A stretch of DNA of 63,833 bases from Deltaproteobacteria bacterium TL4 (GTDB lineage Bacteria > SAR324 > NAC60-12): NCBI GenBank assembly GCA_051382335.1, contig JBBCAX010000144.1:1-63833 (forward strand), written 5' to 3'. The notes under the pieces were generated by a model. That model worked only from the letters and a program-made list of their open reading frames with translations. It ran no database searches and was not told the DNA's origin. The translations under genes were made by a program, and so were the position numbers. Of the stretch, positions 9,701-19,265 are shown one piece after another. The first letter of the stretch is position 1. Each line of letters begins with the position of its first letter.

Positions 9701-11739
9701 CCCAAGGAAACCAGAATCACGGCAAACAGACTGAAAAAATCAAACCCGATGTTCCTTTGCGAAAAAAATCCCCAGTCATAACGCAAGACACCTTGAAAAT
9801 AATAAGCTGTTTGAGTTATTGGAAAGAATAGCAACGTGCCCAAATAAGACAAAATCAGGGTTTTCATTCGGGAAATTCGTGAAATAATGAGAGCCAAATG
9901 TAATTGAATAACGGGAATGAAAATCACAAAGAGATGATCGGTTCGCGAGAGATTCAACGCCTGTTCAGGAGTATTGACGATTCCCAGCAGAAGAATATCC
10001 AGATTAAGGAGGGCAAACAGAACACAGGAAAAGCTGAATAGAATCAGTTCTGGTTTCAACCTGCCCACTCGAAGGGCCGCCATGGAGAAAAACAGGCATA
10101 TCAGCAGTGACAGTAAGGGAGGAATGCCATAAGGCAGAATTTTTCTCGAGACTTCATCGAAAGAATGTTCCGGTAAGCCTTTCCAGGCAAGGATCAACAA
10201 CATGCTATAAACCAGTCCTAACATGAGCAAAGCCATTTGACGTAAGGCCACTTCTTTTCTGTAGGCGCTGATTTGAATCAGATCATACCGGAAAACTCCC
10301 ACCGCCATGATAAGGATGGGAATGAACATAAAATTACCCAAGGGATAAACTTCAAGGCCATTCATCGCGGGAACATCGGTCAGGCTTAACAGACCAGCGC
10401 CTATTCCTCCTATAATGAAATACAGATAGGCTTTGCGTTGGTCAGGCGCGAGGGTCCTGTTACTTTTTTTGAAAAGTGTGATCACAACCCACAGCGCTTC
10501 TATCAAGGTGATGATGCTGAAGAGATCAAACACGATATTCTTTTTTGCGAAGAACCCCCAGTAATAGTGATACATGCCCTGAAAATACCACTCAGTCAGA
10601 GTGAAAGGCATGAGGAGAGTGCCGACAAGGCCAAATAGAAAAACCCATTTTTTATCAACGCCCGCAAAGTAATACAAAAATCCGGCATAAACGCCCAACT
10701 GATTGACCAGAAAAAAATGATCCATTCTGCTGAGGCTTAACGCTAAGGGAGCGTCCTTCACCAGCGCCATCAAAGTGACATCCAGATTCAATCCACCCCA
10801 AAGCCAGCAAAGAGCGCCAAACAGGAGCGTATCCATCCGGTAATTACCCTGAAAAAAACAGAAAGAGGCCAGACTGTAGCAGATCAGCATGGAAATGATC
10901 TGCGGAATAGTATAGGGGACGATTCGTGCTATGAAGTTGGGGTAAAACAGGTCTGAAGGCGCCAGCAGATAAAATAGGAGTGCGAGGGCCAGAGGCCACC
11001 AGGCTAGAAACCCAAGTATTTTGGAAAGATAACCGTGAGAGAACCATTCTTTGGCGATTTCCATCAAGTTATATTGCAGCAGACCATACGCCATCAAACT
11101 CAAGGGGATGAAACCAAAATTTGCCAGAGGATACAGGGAAAAACCAGAGACTTTGAAAAGCGCGTCAACCACACTCAGCATTCCGCTAAAGAACAAGCCT
11201 AAAAAGATAAAACGAATTTTAACTCGCTGGTCGGGACGAATTTCTGTTCTCAAGGCCTGCGCCAAGAGCATTCCGCAATAAATCAGAGTCGCCAATCCCA
11301 GCAGCGTCAAAATCTGGTAAAGGCTTCCAGTTCGGGAAATATATCCAAAAAAAACTTTTTGTTTTTCGCTTACGTGCCAGGACGTCAGCGTCAACGGCGT
11401 TAGCACCGTAATGAGAACGTATCCTCCCCATAGCAGCCATTTTCTGCGCTGAATGCCAAGAACCGTATGCACAAAATGAATGCTGACAGGAATGATGAAC
11501 TGGTAAACCAGTGCTAGTAAACGTGAACTGAGGAGCGAATGGTCTGGCAAGAGCCATAGGGTATCCAGAACATCCACCAAAGAAGCCAACAATTGAAAAA
11601 TACAAAACAGGGTAAAGAGTTGGTTTTCCTTGTTGTATTTTCCTGCCTTGATGGTCAGTGATGCCAGAAACAGGGCAACCAACACGCTTAGTAGCGGTGG
11701 AATGCCATAAGGAATGAATAAATCAAAATGAAATTGCAC
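6721..11739 (-). CDS. Class III adenylate cyclase with three tandem 7TM (HisKA_7TM-like) modules, about three GAF domains and a TPR tail
   Basis: Three repeats beginning PY(G/T)IP and ending YPL(A/G)NFxF(I/L)P; FSDIRSFT, VDKFIGDA and GDTVNIASRLEG cyclase motifs. Confidence 0.88.
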   Translation of the reverse strand: MQFHFDLFIPYGIPPLLSVLVALFLASLTIKAGKYNKENQLFTLFCIFQLLASLVDVLDTLWLLPDHSLLSSRLLALVYQFIIPVSIHFVHTVLGIQRRKWLLWGGYVLITVLTPLTLTSWHVSEKQKVFFGYISRTGSLYQILTLLGLATLIYCGMLLAQALRTEIRPDQRVKIRFIFLGLFFSGMLSVVDALFKVSGFSLYPLANFGFIPLSLMAYGLLQYNLMEIAKEWFSHGYLSKILGFLAWWPLALALLFYLLAPSDLFYPNFIARIVPYTIPQIISMLICYSLASFCFFQGNYRMDTLLFGALCWLWGGLNLDVTLMALVKDAPLALSLSRMDHFFLVNQLGVYAGFLYYFAGVDKKWVFLFGLVGTLLMPFTLTEWYFQGMYHYYWGFFAKKNIVFDLFSIITLIEALWVVITLFKKSNRTLAPDQRKAYLYFIIGGIGAGLLSLTDVPAMNGLEVYPLGNFMFIPILIMAVGVFRYDLIQISAYRKEVALRQMALLMLGLVYSMLLILAWKGLPEHSFDEVSRKILPYGIPPLLSLLICLFFSMAALRVGRLKPELILFSFSCVLFALLNLDILLLGIVNTPEQALNLSRTDHLFVIFIPVIQLHLALIISRISRMKTLILSYLGTLLFFPITQTAYYFQGVLRYDWGFFSQRNIGFDFFSLFAVILVSLGIYFIFKSYRQEADSSRKRRLLYFFWSEIVLIFLNLGNMPALYGVELYPLGNFTFLPILIQGYALLQYYKASVFHLCRKTLHYGVLLGVIVTVSFFLERTSIPQPVIILGFLLGFRLLDRLVTRLLSLVFPTERLQWKQILQDLHIKLSIALTQQSVEQTMIPHLLHTLENRKCWLFFSDKKALSYQGTLYVAPDRSQGFTQTTYQPEDSFRIEADHPLVQMLYETQDLVSSDQRDEWFRSHEIPLNAESVFSKSVLLQPVFFHGALSCFIALEEKQNEQLYSIEEQEFLRTIATSLGPVIENIRLITSLEERVQERTLNLQKARDQLSLINTISQKVGLSHNLKDAFQIFIKDVILCLDREASGSIFIYEESSEKLVYLDSYQLQEEIAKTFRIKVAQESSYAYIVFQTQQSFLVNGEQIHNYLSEELLQMHYGKIPAEQLILPLLSEGKVAGIINLTHYDPQRRLQSDEQLFLQGLTRNLSHHFEMILHVEQIQEREQEIKAAHQEIQLINQVVQIVNSTLDLDTLVKQIMTVLQQIFKFNGLAIALLDESRRNLVFHAAYHDGSWLADEGKWKALVIPVTQDNNFFVKTLKYNDPNYIACITPKMLEYFDEYDRQLYEIFPTESVLFCPLSFHGEAIGVINFGNSRKPFDLVESDIVRIQLYVNQISNAIYNAQQYEALKATKIQLAESAKITAMTRTFEKFVPKQFLNRIAQDGLDSIELGKGQSATITIMFSDIRSFTELSETMTAQDLMNFLNTYLQKMSDPIHQYGGFVDKFIGDAIMALFDFPDNSKAEETESALRAAIAMQEILKVYNQHRIECGYLPIVSGIGIHRGSVVIGTLGSQDRMDSTVIGDTVNIASRLEGLTKYYGSKILISYDTLCCLKSLDTFHYREMDWVLVKGKTEPLSIYEVYDMDSVEIRKQKRKSNRFISKGLYERHTRQWEQAINTFRKSLDIYPEDIAVHFHISQCEYFQKNPPAEDWNGASVFLSK

Positions 11740-11817
11740 AAAGATTGCCTGTAAAAAGATCAGAAAAACAGTTGTCGAATTTTCAACCGATTCATGACTT
11801 ATACCACATTCTTAAAA

Positions 11818-12486
11818 TTAGGCTAAGGGTTCAATATCTTTTTTTACATACAGAGGGTGAATATGGTCAAAAGTGGTAAGCGTATTTTTTTGATAAGCTT
11901 CTTTTCCCAGTAGTAGTAATTGATAAGGATTGGGGTTCGTGTTGTCGTCTTTCATAGGTAAGCCTTTCAGCGTCTCCCATAGGGGCCCCTTGGTTTTTTC
12001 AGGAATACTTTTTAGCACTAAATAATCGTGAGGAATTTGTTCCAGTAACTGATCCAAAAGGCACCATTGAATGGAAGCCAACTGTGTGAGTTGTTGATTT
12101 TGATATTGAAACGGAGCATAAAAGACTTCCGACCGTGAACAATTCAGCAGGACATAAAATCGCTCTGGAACAGGAATCGTCTGCGCTGCCAAAAGCTGCA
12201 AGGAGGAAACGGCCACTAAGGGTTTAGCATGGACTTGTGCCAAAGTTTTAATCAAGCTCATACCGATCCGAACCCCTGTGTAGGAACCCGGACCTTGATT
12301 CACAACATAGAGATCAATTTCAGCCGGAGCCATTTGAGCATTCGTCAGCAGATCTTCCAAAACCTGAAAAACGATTTTTGATGTTCTTTTTCTACACAAG
12401 GAATAGTAATACGCAACGGGTTTATTCTTTTGCACAAGACTGATCGCTAAGGCATCAAAGGCTGTATCAATCGCAAGTATGTTCAT
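11818..12486 (-). CDS. tsaB: tRNA threonylcarbamoyladenosine biosynthesis protein TsaB
   Basis: ILAIDT, GPGSYTGVRIG, VSSLQLLA; overlaps tsaE by 4 nt. Confidence 0.92.
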   Translation of the reverse strand: MNILAIDTAFDALAISLVQKNKPVAYYYSLCRKRTSKIVFQVLEDLLTNAQMAPAEIDLYVVNQGPGSYTGVRIGMSLIKTLAQVHAKPLVAVSSLQLLAAQTIPVPERFYVLLNCSRSEVFYAPFQYQNQQLTQLASIQWCLLDQLLEQIPHDYLVLKSIPEKTKGPLWETLKGLPMKDDNTNPNPYQLLLLGKEAYQKNTLTTFDHIHPLYVKKDIEPLA

Positions 12487-12956
12487 AACGCCTTATTGAG
12501 TTTTTGAAGTAACGGTGTATAGTTCGGAAAAGTGCTTTCCATTTTCAATTGACGTTGAGTTGTGGAAACAGCCTCCAATTGTAAATGCAGTTGGGGTTCA
12601 TCCGAAAGCATAGACAGCAATAAAGCGGGCCACTCTACCAAAGTGATGCCTTCGTCACAAATCAAATCATCACGGTCAAAATTATCCAGATCCTCAAGAT
12701 GATTCAAACGATACAAGTCCACATGGTGAATCATTAAACGACCAGGGTAACTGTTTACAATAGTGTAGGTTGGAGACGTGACAACATCTGGATTCACCCC
12801 TTGACTTTCACAGATGCTTTTGGAAAGCGTCGTTTTTCCCGCGCCAAGATCCCCAGTCAACAAGACGATGGCGCCTGGAAACAGCGCGTTTCCGATCAAT
12901 CTTCCGATAGTTTTTGTGGTTTCAAGCGTTTCTAAAATCAAGGTACAGGACATCAT
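12483..12956 (-). CDS. tsaE: tRNA threonylcarbamoyladenosine biosynthesis ATPase TsaE
   Basis: GDLGAGKT, VTSPTYT, HVDLYRL, VEWP. Confidence 0.95.
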   Translation of the reverse strand: MMSCTLILETLETTKTIGRLIGNALFPGAIVLLTGDLGAGKTTLSKSICESQGVNPDVVTSPTYTIVNSYPGRLMIHHVDLYRLNHLEDLDNFDRDDLICDEGITLVEWPALLLSMLSDEPQLHLQLEAVSTTQRQLKMESTFPNYTPLLQKLNKAL

Positions 12957-12978
12957 TTTACCACTTCCCTCAAGGATT

Positions 12979-13611
12979 ATGCAAAAAGTTTTATTGACCT
13001 TCGAATCAATCAGTCATGCGGATTACGAAAGATGGGACATTCGCGATTTTTCTTTAGCCTTACATCAAGGTGAACGTGTTTGGGTGCAGTGCGAACGGGA
13101 GGAGCAATATGAAACAGTATGGCGAATTTTCCAAAGAAACCTCAAGCCAAAAGAAGGACGAATCGAAGAGATCCACCCTGTCTTTACCTCTTCCGATCGT
13201 TCCATTGCGGAACATCTCAACTGGGATTCAACGATCAACGCAAATTTTAATTCGCGTTTATTTGATGATAAAACATGGATTGGAGCCCGTAAAATTCATG
13301 TTCAGAATTTATTGGAGGAGTTAGCGATTTCGGTTGAGCTGAGGCATTGTTCCTTAAGAAAAGTCAGCGATGAAATCTTCAATCGATATTGGGCTTTATT
13401 ATTCATGATTGCCCGAACCAAACTGTTATTAGGACGTACTCTTTTCGCAAAACTCGACGCGCTCAGTTTGCCCCTTCTGGAGCAGTGGGTACCTCAGCAC
13501 CCGGGTGCCCTCGTTGTGTTTGGAAAGGAGTCATTACTTCGACAGCATTTTCATAGGGTGCTTCACGTGAATGAAGAAGGGGTTGTCCAAATCGAGAACT
13601 GTCATTCATAG
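12979..13611 (+). CDS. Hypothetical protein, degenerate ABC-ATPase-like
   Basis: FSLALHQGERV, LKPKEGRI and RVLHVNEEG resemble the ABC NBD layout but no Walker A is present. ATG 12979 follows AAGGA. Confidence 0.5.
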   Translation: MQKVLLTFESISHADYERWDIRDFSLALHQGERVWVQCEREEQYETVWRIFQRNLKPKEGRIEEIHPVFTSSDRSIAEHLNWDSTINANFNSRLFDDKTWIGARKIHVQNLLEELAISVELRHCSLRKVSDEIFNRYWALLFMIARTKLLLGRTLFAKLDALSLPLLEQWVPQHPGALVVFGKESLLRQHFHRVLHVNEEGVVQIENCHS

Positions 13612-14846
13612 CTTTTTTTCAACCATGCCTGCGGATCCACTGAGTGATCCCGATCCCGAATTTCAAAATACGTGTGAAACTTCGACGTCACTGGATCCTG
13701 CGCCACTTTTCCAAGCAGGGTCCCTTGAGTTGTATAACTTCCCTGATCCACCGCAATTGATTGCAAGAGACCGTAGACAGAATAACTTCGTTGACCATGA
13801 GCCACTATAATCAGTTTTGAATACCCCGGAACTGACCCCGCAAACACCACTTTCCCCAAGGCAATCGCACGGACAGAAGCCTCTTTGGGAGTTTCCAGCA
13901 TGATGCCTTGAAATTCTTGTTTCGGATTGGTTAGATTTTTTCCGGCGGTACCATAGCGTTGTATCAGTTGTCCTGGTACAGGCGCCTCCAATTTTCCTTT
14001 TAAGGGTTTCAAGCCTTGTGTCCTCTGATAATGGAGAGCCAGTTGCCGTTGCTGTTTTAAAAATTGAATTTGAGCGGAAATTCGGCTGATTTCTACGTCG
14101 GTCTGAGCATAAAAACGTTGTTGTCCTTTCAAATCCTCCTGAATGGTGATGGCCTCTTTTTGAAGTTCTTTCAGTTGAAGGTGATATTTATGTTTTGTGT
14201 CTTTTTTTTCAGAAAGCGTTTCGTTAAGGCGTTGACGCTGTTGTTTGTATGCTCTAATGATTTGCTGGAGGGCTGGATTTTCATGTGCGTCCAGGGTCAC
14301 TATCTCCTTTAAAATCCCTTTGGACTGCAGGGATTCATAACTTTCCAGAGGTTTCATTCGAGCTGATTGTGACTGGTACAGATAATAGAGCAGCATTCGT
14401 TCTTCAATAGACTCGAGGGAAGGTTGAAGCTTGAGGGCAAGGGCAGAAGGAACCCTGGGATTTTTATCCAGGGCGGAAGACTGAAGGTTGTGGCTCAGCT
14501 CAAATATTTCTTGATCCAGGGCGGTTAGAGCCTGAGAGAGCTGAGTTAGCTGAGTGGCCAGCAATGTTTGCTGGTGTTGATCTTCAGAAAGGCGATTGGA
14601 CGTTTTTTTTTGTTTCGTGGTTAATAATTGCAATTCTGCTTGTTTTTGTTGAAGTTGTTGGGCAAGTTGTCGCCCATCATTATTTGTTTCAGCCCAACAC
14701 AAAGGTGCCACAAAAAAAACGATGAAAGCAATCGGCCTCTTGACTTTCCTGCCTTGTGTTTTATGTAAATTCAAGGCTTGTAGAGAAAGGCGTTGTAAGG
14801 AGACAAAGAAAGTAACTATTCGTAAAAAAGGGGATTGTCTTGTCAT
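13602..14846 (-). CDS. EnvC-like murein hydrolase activator (coiled coil plus degenerate M23/LytM); start uncertain
   Basis: Long Gln/Leu coiled coil; M23 region PVPG...GKVVFAG...YFEIR lacking the HxxxD/HxH Zn ligands. Confidence 0.75.
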   Translation of the reverse strand: MTRQSPFLRIVTFFVSLQRLSLQALNLHKTQGRKVKRPIAFIVFFVAPLCWAETNNDGRQLAQQLQQKQAELQLLTTKQKKTSNRLSEDQHQQTLLATQLTQLSQALTALDQEIFELSHNLQSSALDKNPRVPSALALKLQPSLESIEERMLLYYLYQSQSARMKPLESYESLQSKGILKEIVTLDAHENPALQQIIRAYKQQRQRLNETLSEKKDTKHKYHLQLKELQKEAITIQEDLKGQQRFYAQTDVEISRISAQIQFLKQQRQLALHYQRTQGLKPLKGKLEAPVPGQLIQRYGTAGKNLTNPKQEFQGIMLETPKEASVRAIALGKVVFAGSVPGYSKLIIVAHGQRSYSVYGLLQSIAVDQGSYTTQGTLLGKVAQDPVTSKFHTYFEIRDRDHSVDPQAWLKKSYE

Positions 14847-14902
14847 GAAATCCTACCGTTAATCAACTCACTACTTCAAGTTCACTCGAGCCTTGTCGCA
14901 TC

Positions 14903-16654
14903 ATGAAATACAGTTCAAGTTTCATCAACAAAGTCAAAGAAAGTAATAATTTATATGACCTTGTACAAGAGAAAGGCATTCATTTAAAACGCTCAGGCAG
15001 TGATAGTTACACAGGTCTCTGTCCTTTTCATTCTGAAAAAACGGGATCTTTTCAAATCAGTCCCCAAAAAGGGTTTTTTCACTGTTTTGGCTGTAAGATC
15101 AGTGGAGACGCTATTAAATTTTTGGAGTTGTATGAGCACCTCTCCTTTGTTGAATCGGTTGAAGAACTGGCAAAGCGGGCAGGTATTCCCTTGGAAGAAG
15201 CCAGCAACGCGCCAAAGGCTATTTTCCAAAAGCCTGGCTTTCAGTGTTTGAAAGAAGCCGCGCGTTTCTATCATGCATATCTTATGCGACAAACACAGGC
15301 AGAAGACGCACCAGGTTATTTAAAAAAAAGAAACATTTCTCCTGAGCTTTGCGAGCGGTTCCAGTTAGGCTATGCCCCCAAGGAGTGGCAAGTCCTGTTC
15401 AATCACTTGCAACAGGCAAAATTTTCGAATAAGGATTTGCTCAGTACCGGCTTAGTCAAACAAGCCGACCACTCGGATCGTTTATATGACCGCTTTCGTA
15501 ATCGAATTATCTTCCCCATCCGGGATCTCAGAGGTCGATGCATCGGGTTTGGCGGTCGAGTCATCAATCCCGAGGATCAGCCCAAATATCTCAATAGCCC
15601 TCAAACCGAGTTTTACAACAAAAGTCGCGTGCTTTATGGATTCTATGAAGGACTGGAAGTTATCCGAAAACGCAGGCACTTGATCTTTGTGGAAGGCTAT
15701 TTTGATGTAATCCGCTTACATGCGTTTGGCTTTGAACAGGCCGTTGCCACCTGTGGAACCGCCTTAACACCGGAGCATCTCAGAGAAATCCAACACTATG
15801 CGGACTCGATCACCCTTTTGTTCGATGGGGATCCAGCAGGGCAGGAAGCCGCGCTGAAAAGCTGTAATCTTTTCCTTTCAAATTCATTAGCAGCGTTGAT
15901 TGTGACCTTACCGGATAATGAAGATCCTGACAGTTATTTACTCAAGCATGGCAAGGAGGCTTTTGAACAGCAATTACAAAAAGGCCTTCCTTTTTTGGAG
16001 TATTTAGTTCAGCGGATACTTGCCAAATATCCAGCCAATGTTCAGGGACGCAACAAAGCGCTTGAAGAAATGTTACCCATGATTAAACAGATCAAACAGG
16101 AAAATATTCAACAAATGACTTTAGTCAGTCTTGCGGAAATGCTAAAACTTCCGATAAGTACCTTAATGAAGCAAGCCGATACCTTGAATTCGTCTCCACG
16201 ATATGCCGCGACTCTAACTCCCACAGAAACGACTTATGAGGAAGTTCCTGAAGAAAAGACGATCTTACAAGCGTTGTTGAATGTAAGAACTTTGATTTCT
16301 TTGGCACGGAATCATCTGCAGGCATCAGAATTGTGGACTCCGCCTTTTCGAAAAATTTACGAATTGTTTTTGCTCTATAGTGATGGTGATTTTCAAGGCT
16401 TGAAAATCGAGCAGTTCAATCAGAGACACCCCGAATACCAGGATCTTTTGATGCGAATTTATATGGAACCTTTTTTCAAGGAAAATGCAGAGTCCCAGTT
16501 TAGAGCGGTCCTGCGTCGTATCAAGGAACGTAACTTGAAGACGCAATTTCAAAGAAAAATGGAAAATGCGAATGAGGAGGAGCGATTTGTTGTGCAGTTT
16601 GAACTCCGAAAGCGCCTGACGGAATTAGATGCGTTATCACCCGCACGTCACTGA
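14903..16654 (+). CDS. dnaG: DNA primase
   Basis: CPFHSEK...CFGC zinc finger, DRFRNRIIFPI, KYLNSP, VEGYFD, FDGDPAG. Confidence 0.97.
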   Translation: MKYSSSFINKVKESNNLYDLVQEKGIHLKRSGSDSYTGLCPFHSEKTGSFQISPQKGFFHCFGCKISGDAIKFLELYEHLSFVESVEELAKRAGIPLEEASNAPKAIFQKPGFQCLKEAARFYHAYLMRQTQAEDAPGYLKKRNISPELCERFQLGYAPKEWQVLFNHLQQAKFSNKDLLSTGLVKQADHSDRLYDRFRNRIIFPIRDLRGRCIGFGGRVINPEDQPKYLNSPQTEFYNKSRVLYGFYEGLEVIRKRRHLIFVEGYFDVIRLHAFGFEQAVATCGTALTPEHLREIQHYADSITLLFDGDPAGQEAALKSCNLFLSNSLAALIVTLPDNEDPDSYLLKHGKEAFEQQLQKGLPFLEYLVQRILAKYPANVQGRNKALEEMLPMIKQIKQENIQQMTLVSLAEMLKLPISTLMKQADTLNSSPRYAATLTPTETTYEEVPEEKTILQALLNVRTLISLARNHLQASELWTPPFRKIYELFLLYSDGDFQGLKIEQFNQRHPEYQDLLMRIYMEPFFKENAESQFRAVLRRIKERNLKTQFQRKMENANEEERFVVQFELRKRLTELDALSPARH

Positions 16655-16777
16655 GGTTCCAACGTTGTGGAAAAATAATGGGGTGCTAAAGGAAAACGTT
16701 GATATTTCCTTGATGTTTTTTTGTCTTTGTGGCTATGAAATAAGTAGTTATTAAAATTTTTAGTTTTAGGGAGTTAT

Positions 16778-18571
16778 ATGCCTACAGAGCAAACAGAAAC
16801 TGTTGAAGCAACCAACCAACAGGCAAAAATGATCAAAGATCTTATTGCTGAGGGAAGAGAGAAAGGGTTTGTCACCATTGATGACATCAATTCTCAATTA
16901 ACCCCTGCGGTCGCTGATCCAGAAAATTTAGACAGGATCTTCAATATTTTAGCTGAATTGGATATTGAAATCATTGATCCTACCCAAAAAGGGCGCATCA
17001 CGCCGCTCGAGGATGCCGACGATGATTTGGAGGATTCCCCTAAAGAGGAGACCATTTACGAAGCGTCCGAAGATAATTCAACCGATGATCCTGTCCGCAT
17101 GTATTTACGGGAAATGGGAAGTATTGACTTGTTAACACGGGCTGGTGAAGTCGAAATTGCACAAAAAATCGAAGAAGGCCAAAATGAACTCCTCGAAATT
17201 TTTTCTCATTCAAACCTGCTTTTGCTCTTCCTCTTTGATTTGGGAAAAAAGTTAAGACAAAATAAAATCCGGGCGAGAAACATTGTTTCAGGCTTGGATG
17301 AAGAGGATAATGTCATTGAGGATGAAGAGGATGCCGCTAAACGGATTCTGGAGCTCCTTGATCATGCCAAAGCGCAATATGACCTCATTCAGGAAATTTA
17401 TGCCAAATTTGGTCGCAGTGAGCTGGTGCCCAAACATTCCAACAGGCTCCATGAAGCCATGACAGAAATGAAGATGTCGATTAAAAGCATCAATTTCAAC
17501 TCAAGGTTAATTGATCAAATGGCGTTTGTGATGCTCAAGCACAAGGAAAAAATCAATTTAACGCTCGTTCAATTGGAACAATATACTCAAGATTTAAGAA
17601 TTCCTGTGGAACAAGCCGATGCCATTTTTGAACGTTGGACAAAAGAAGGTAAGCGGAAACGAAAGCCTGTCGAGGAGGAAATTGAGGCCTTAACCGGGTG
17701 TCCGTTTAAAGTGGCTCGCCGTTCTTATGAACGGGTTGAAGCCTGCCGTCATCGTCGTATTTCATTAATGGCCCGCACTGACTTAAACTGGCCTGAATTT
17801 CAACAGGAAGTGCTTCGGATGAGACGGGCGGAACGCAAAGTAAAAATAGCCAAGAGCCACCTGGTTGAGGCAAATTTGCGCTTGGTGATCAGCATTGCAA
17901 AGAAATACTTGAACCGGGGACTTCAATTTCTGGACCTGATTCAGGAAGGCAATATTGGACTCATGAAAGCTGTGGATAAATTTGAATATCGACGGGGCTA
18001 TAAGTTTTCAACCTATGCCACCTGGTGGATTAGACAATCCATCACCCGAGCCATTGCGGATCAGGCACGCACTATTCGTATTCCTGTGCACATGATTGAA
18101 ACCATCAATAAACTGTCTCGCATCTCGCGAGCACTCATCCAGGAATACGGACGTGAGGCAACCCCTGATGAATTGGCCAAGCATATGGATATGCCTCTCA
18201 GCAAAATACGCAAAGTCCTGAAAATTGCCAAAGAACCCGTTTCCCTAGATACCCCCCTCGGAGATGACGACGACTCTCAACTGAAAGATTTCATTGCTGA
18301 TGAAAATGTAAGCGATCCTGATGAAGCGTCGAATTACTCCAGTTTGAGTGAGTTAACGGGACATGCTTTGGGAACGCTGACGTCTCGGGAAGAAAAAGTC
18401 CTGCGAATGCGCTTTGGGATTGGAGAAGAGAAGGATCATACCCTTGAAGAAGTCGGTCAGGATTTTGATGTAACCCGGGAAAGGATTCGTCAAATTGAAG
18501 CAAAGGCACTACGAAAGCTGCGACACCCTACACGCAGTAAACTGCTGCGCTCTTTTTATGAGGGGCAATGA
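16778..18571 (+). CDS. rpoD: RNA polymerase primary sigma factor
   Basis: [52 protein letters not shown]. Confidence 0.98.
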   Translation: MPTEQTETVEATNQQAKMIKDLIAEGREKGFVTIDDINSQLTPAVADPENLDRIFNILAELDIEIIDPTQKGRITPLEDADDDLEDSPKEETIYEASEDNSTDDPVRMYLREMGSIDLLTRAGEVEIAQKIEEGQNELLEIFSHSNLLLLFLFDLGKKLRQNKIRARNIVSGLDEEDNVIEDEEDAAKRILELLDHAKAQYDLIQEIYAKFGRSELVPKHSNRLHEAMTEMKMSIKSINFNSRLIDQMAFVMLKHKEKINLTLVQLEQYTQDLRIPVEQADAIFERWTKEGKRKRKPVEEEIEALTGCPFKVARRSYERVEACRHRRISLMARTDLNWPEFQQEVLRMRRAERKVKIAKSHLVEANLRLVISIAKKYLNRGLQFLDLIQEGNIGLMKAVDKFEYRRGYKFSTYATWWIRQSITRAIADQARTIRIPVHMIETINKLSRISRALIQEYGREATPDELAKHMDMPLSKIRKVLKIAKEPVSLDTPLGDDDDSQLKDFIADENVSDPDEASNYSSLSELTGHALGTLTSREEKVLRMRFGIGEEKDHTLEEVGQDFDVTRERIRQIEAKALRKLRHPTRSKLLRSFYEGQ

Positions 18572-18581
18572 AGAGAGACCT

Positions 18582-19265
18582 ATGGCTGTCAGAAAGCTTT
18601 TGGTTGTGGAAGATGAAGAAGATATTCTTGCCGTCCTGCTTTATAATTTGAATAAACAGGGATTTGACGCCACAGGCACTACCTCAGGCACAGAAGCTTT
18701 AGCGTTGACCCGATCGCTCCATCCTGAATTGATCATACTCGACGTGATGTTGCCGGATCTGAATGGTTTGGAAATTTGTCAGCTTTTGAAAGAAGACCCT
18801 CAAACCAAACACATTCCGATTGTCATGCTGACCGCCAAGGGAGAAGAATCGGATATCGTCAAAGGCTTGGAACTGGGGGCCGATGATTACATCACCAAGC
18901 CTTTTAGTCCTAAAATACTGCTGGCACGAATTCAAGCGGTATTACGTAGGAATATGGTTCCTGTGCCTGAAAATCCTCCAATTGTAGTCCATGACCTAAC
19001 CATCCATCCCGACCGTCATGAAGTACGGATTCATAATTCTCCGATAGAACTCACCTTTATGGAATTTGGTATATTACAGGTGCTCGCTCAACGCAAAGGA
19101 CGAGTGGTAACCCGGTATCAGATGGTGGAAGCCATCCGTGGTGATGATTATTCTGTGACAGATCGTTCGATTGATGTCCACATGGTCCAGCTACGAAAAA
19201 AGATAGGAGACTTAAGTGAGTACATTGAAACAGTACGGGGTATTGGGTATCGACTCAAGGAATGA
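18582..19265 (+). CDS. OmpR-family response regulator, PhoB/PhoP-like
   Basis: VVEDE, ILDVMLP, GADDYITKPF, ETVRGIGY; ATG lies 10 nt after the rpoD stop. Confidence 0.9.
   Translation: MAVRKLLVVEDEEDILAVLLYNLNKQGFDATGTTSGTEALALTRSLHPELIILDVMLPDLNGLEICQLLKEDPQTKHIPIVMLTAKGEESDIVKGLELGADDYITKPFSPKILLARIQAVLRRNMVPVPENPPIVVHDLTIHPDRHEVRIHNSPIELTFMEFGILQVLAQRKGRVVTRYQMVEAIRGDDYSVTDRSIDVHMVQLRKKIGDLSEYIETVRGIGYRLKE

Noticed and set aside
12814..12978. 5' extension of ORF 12814..13611
   Set aside because: It is the antisense of tsaE; ATG 12979 has an RBS.
18495..18581. 5' extension of the response regulator
   Set aside because: Overlaps rpoD region 4; the receiver domain starts at 18582.
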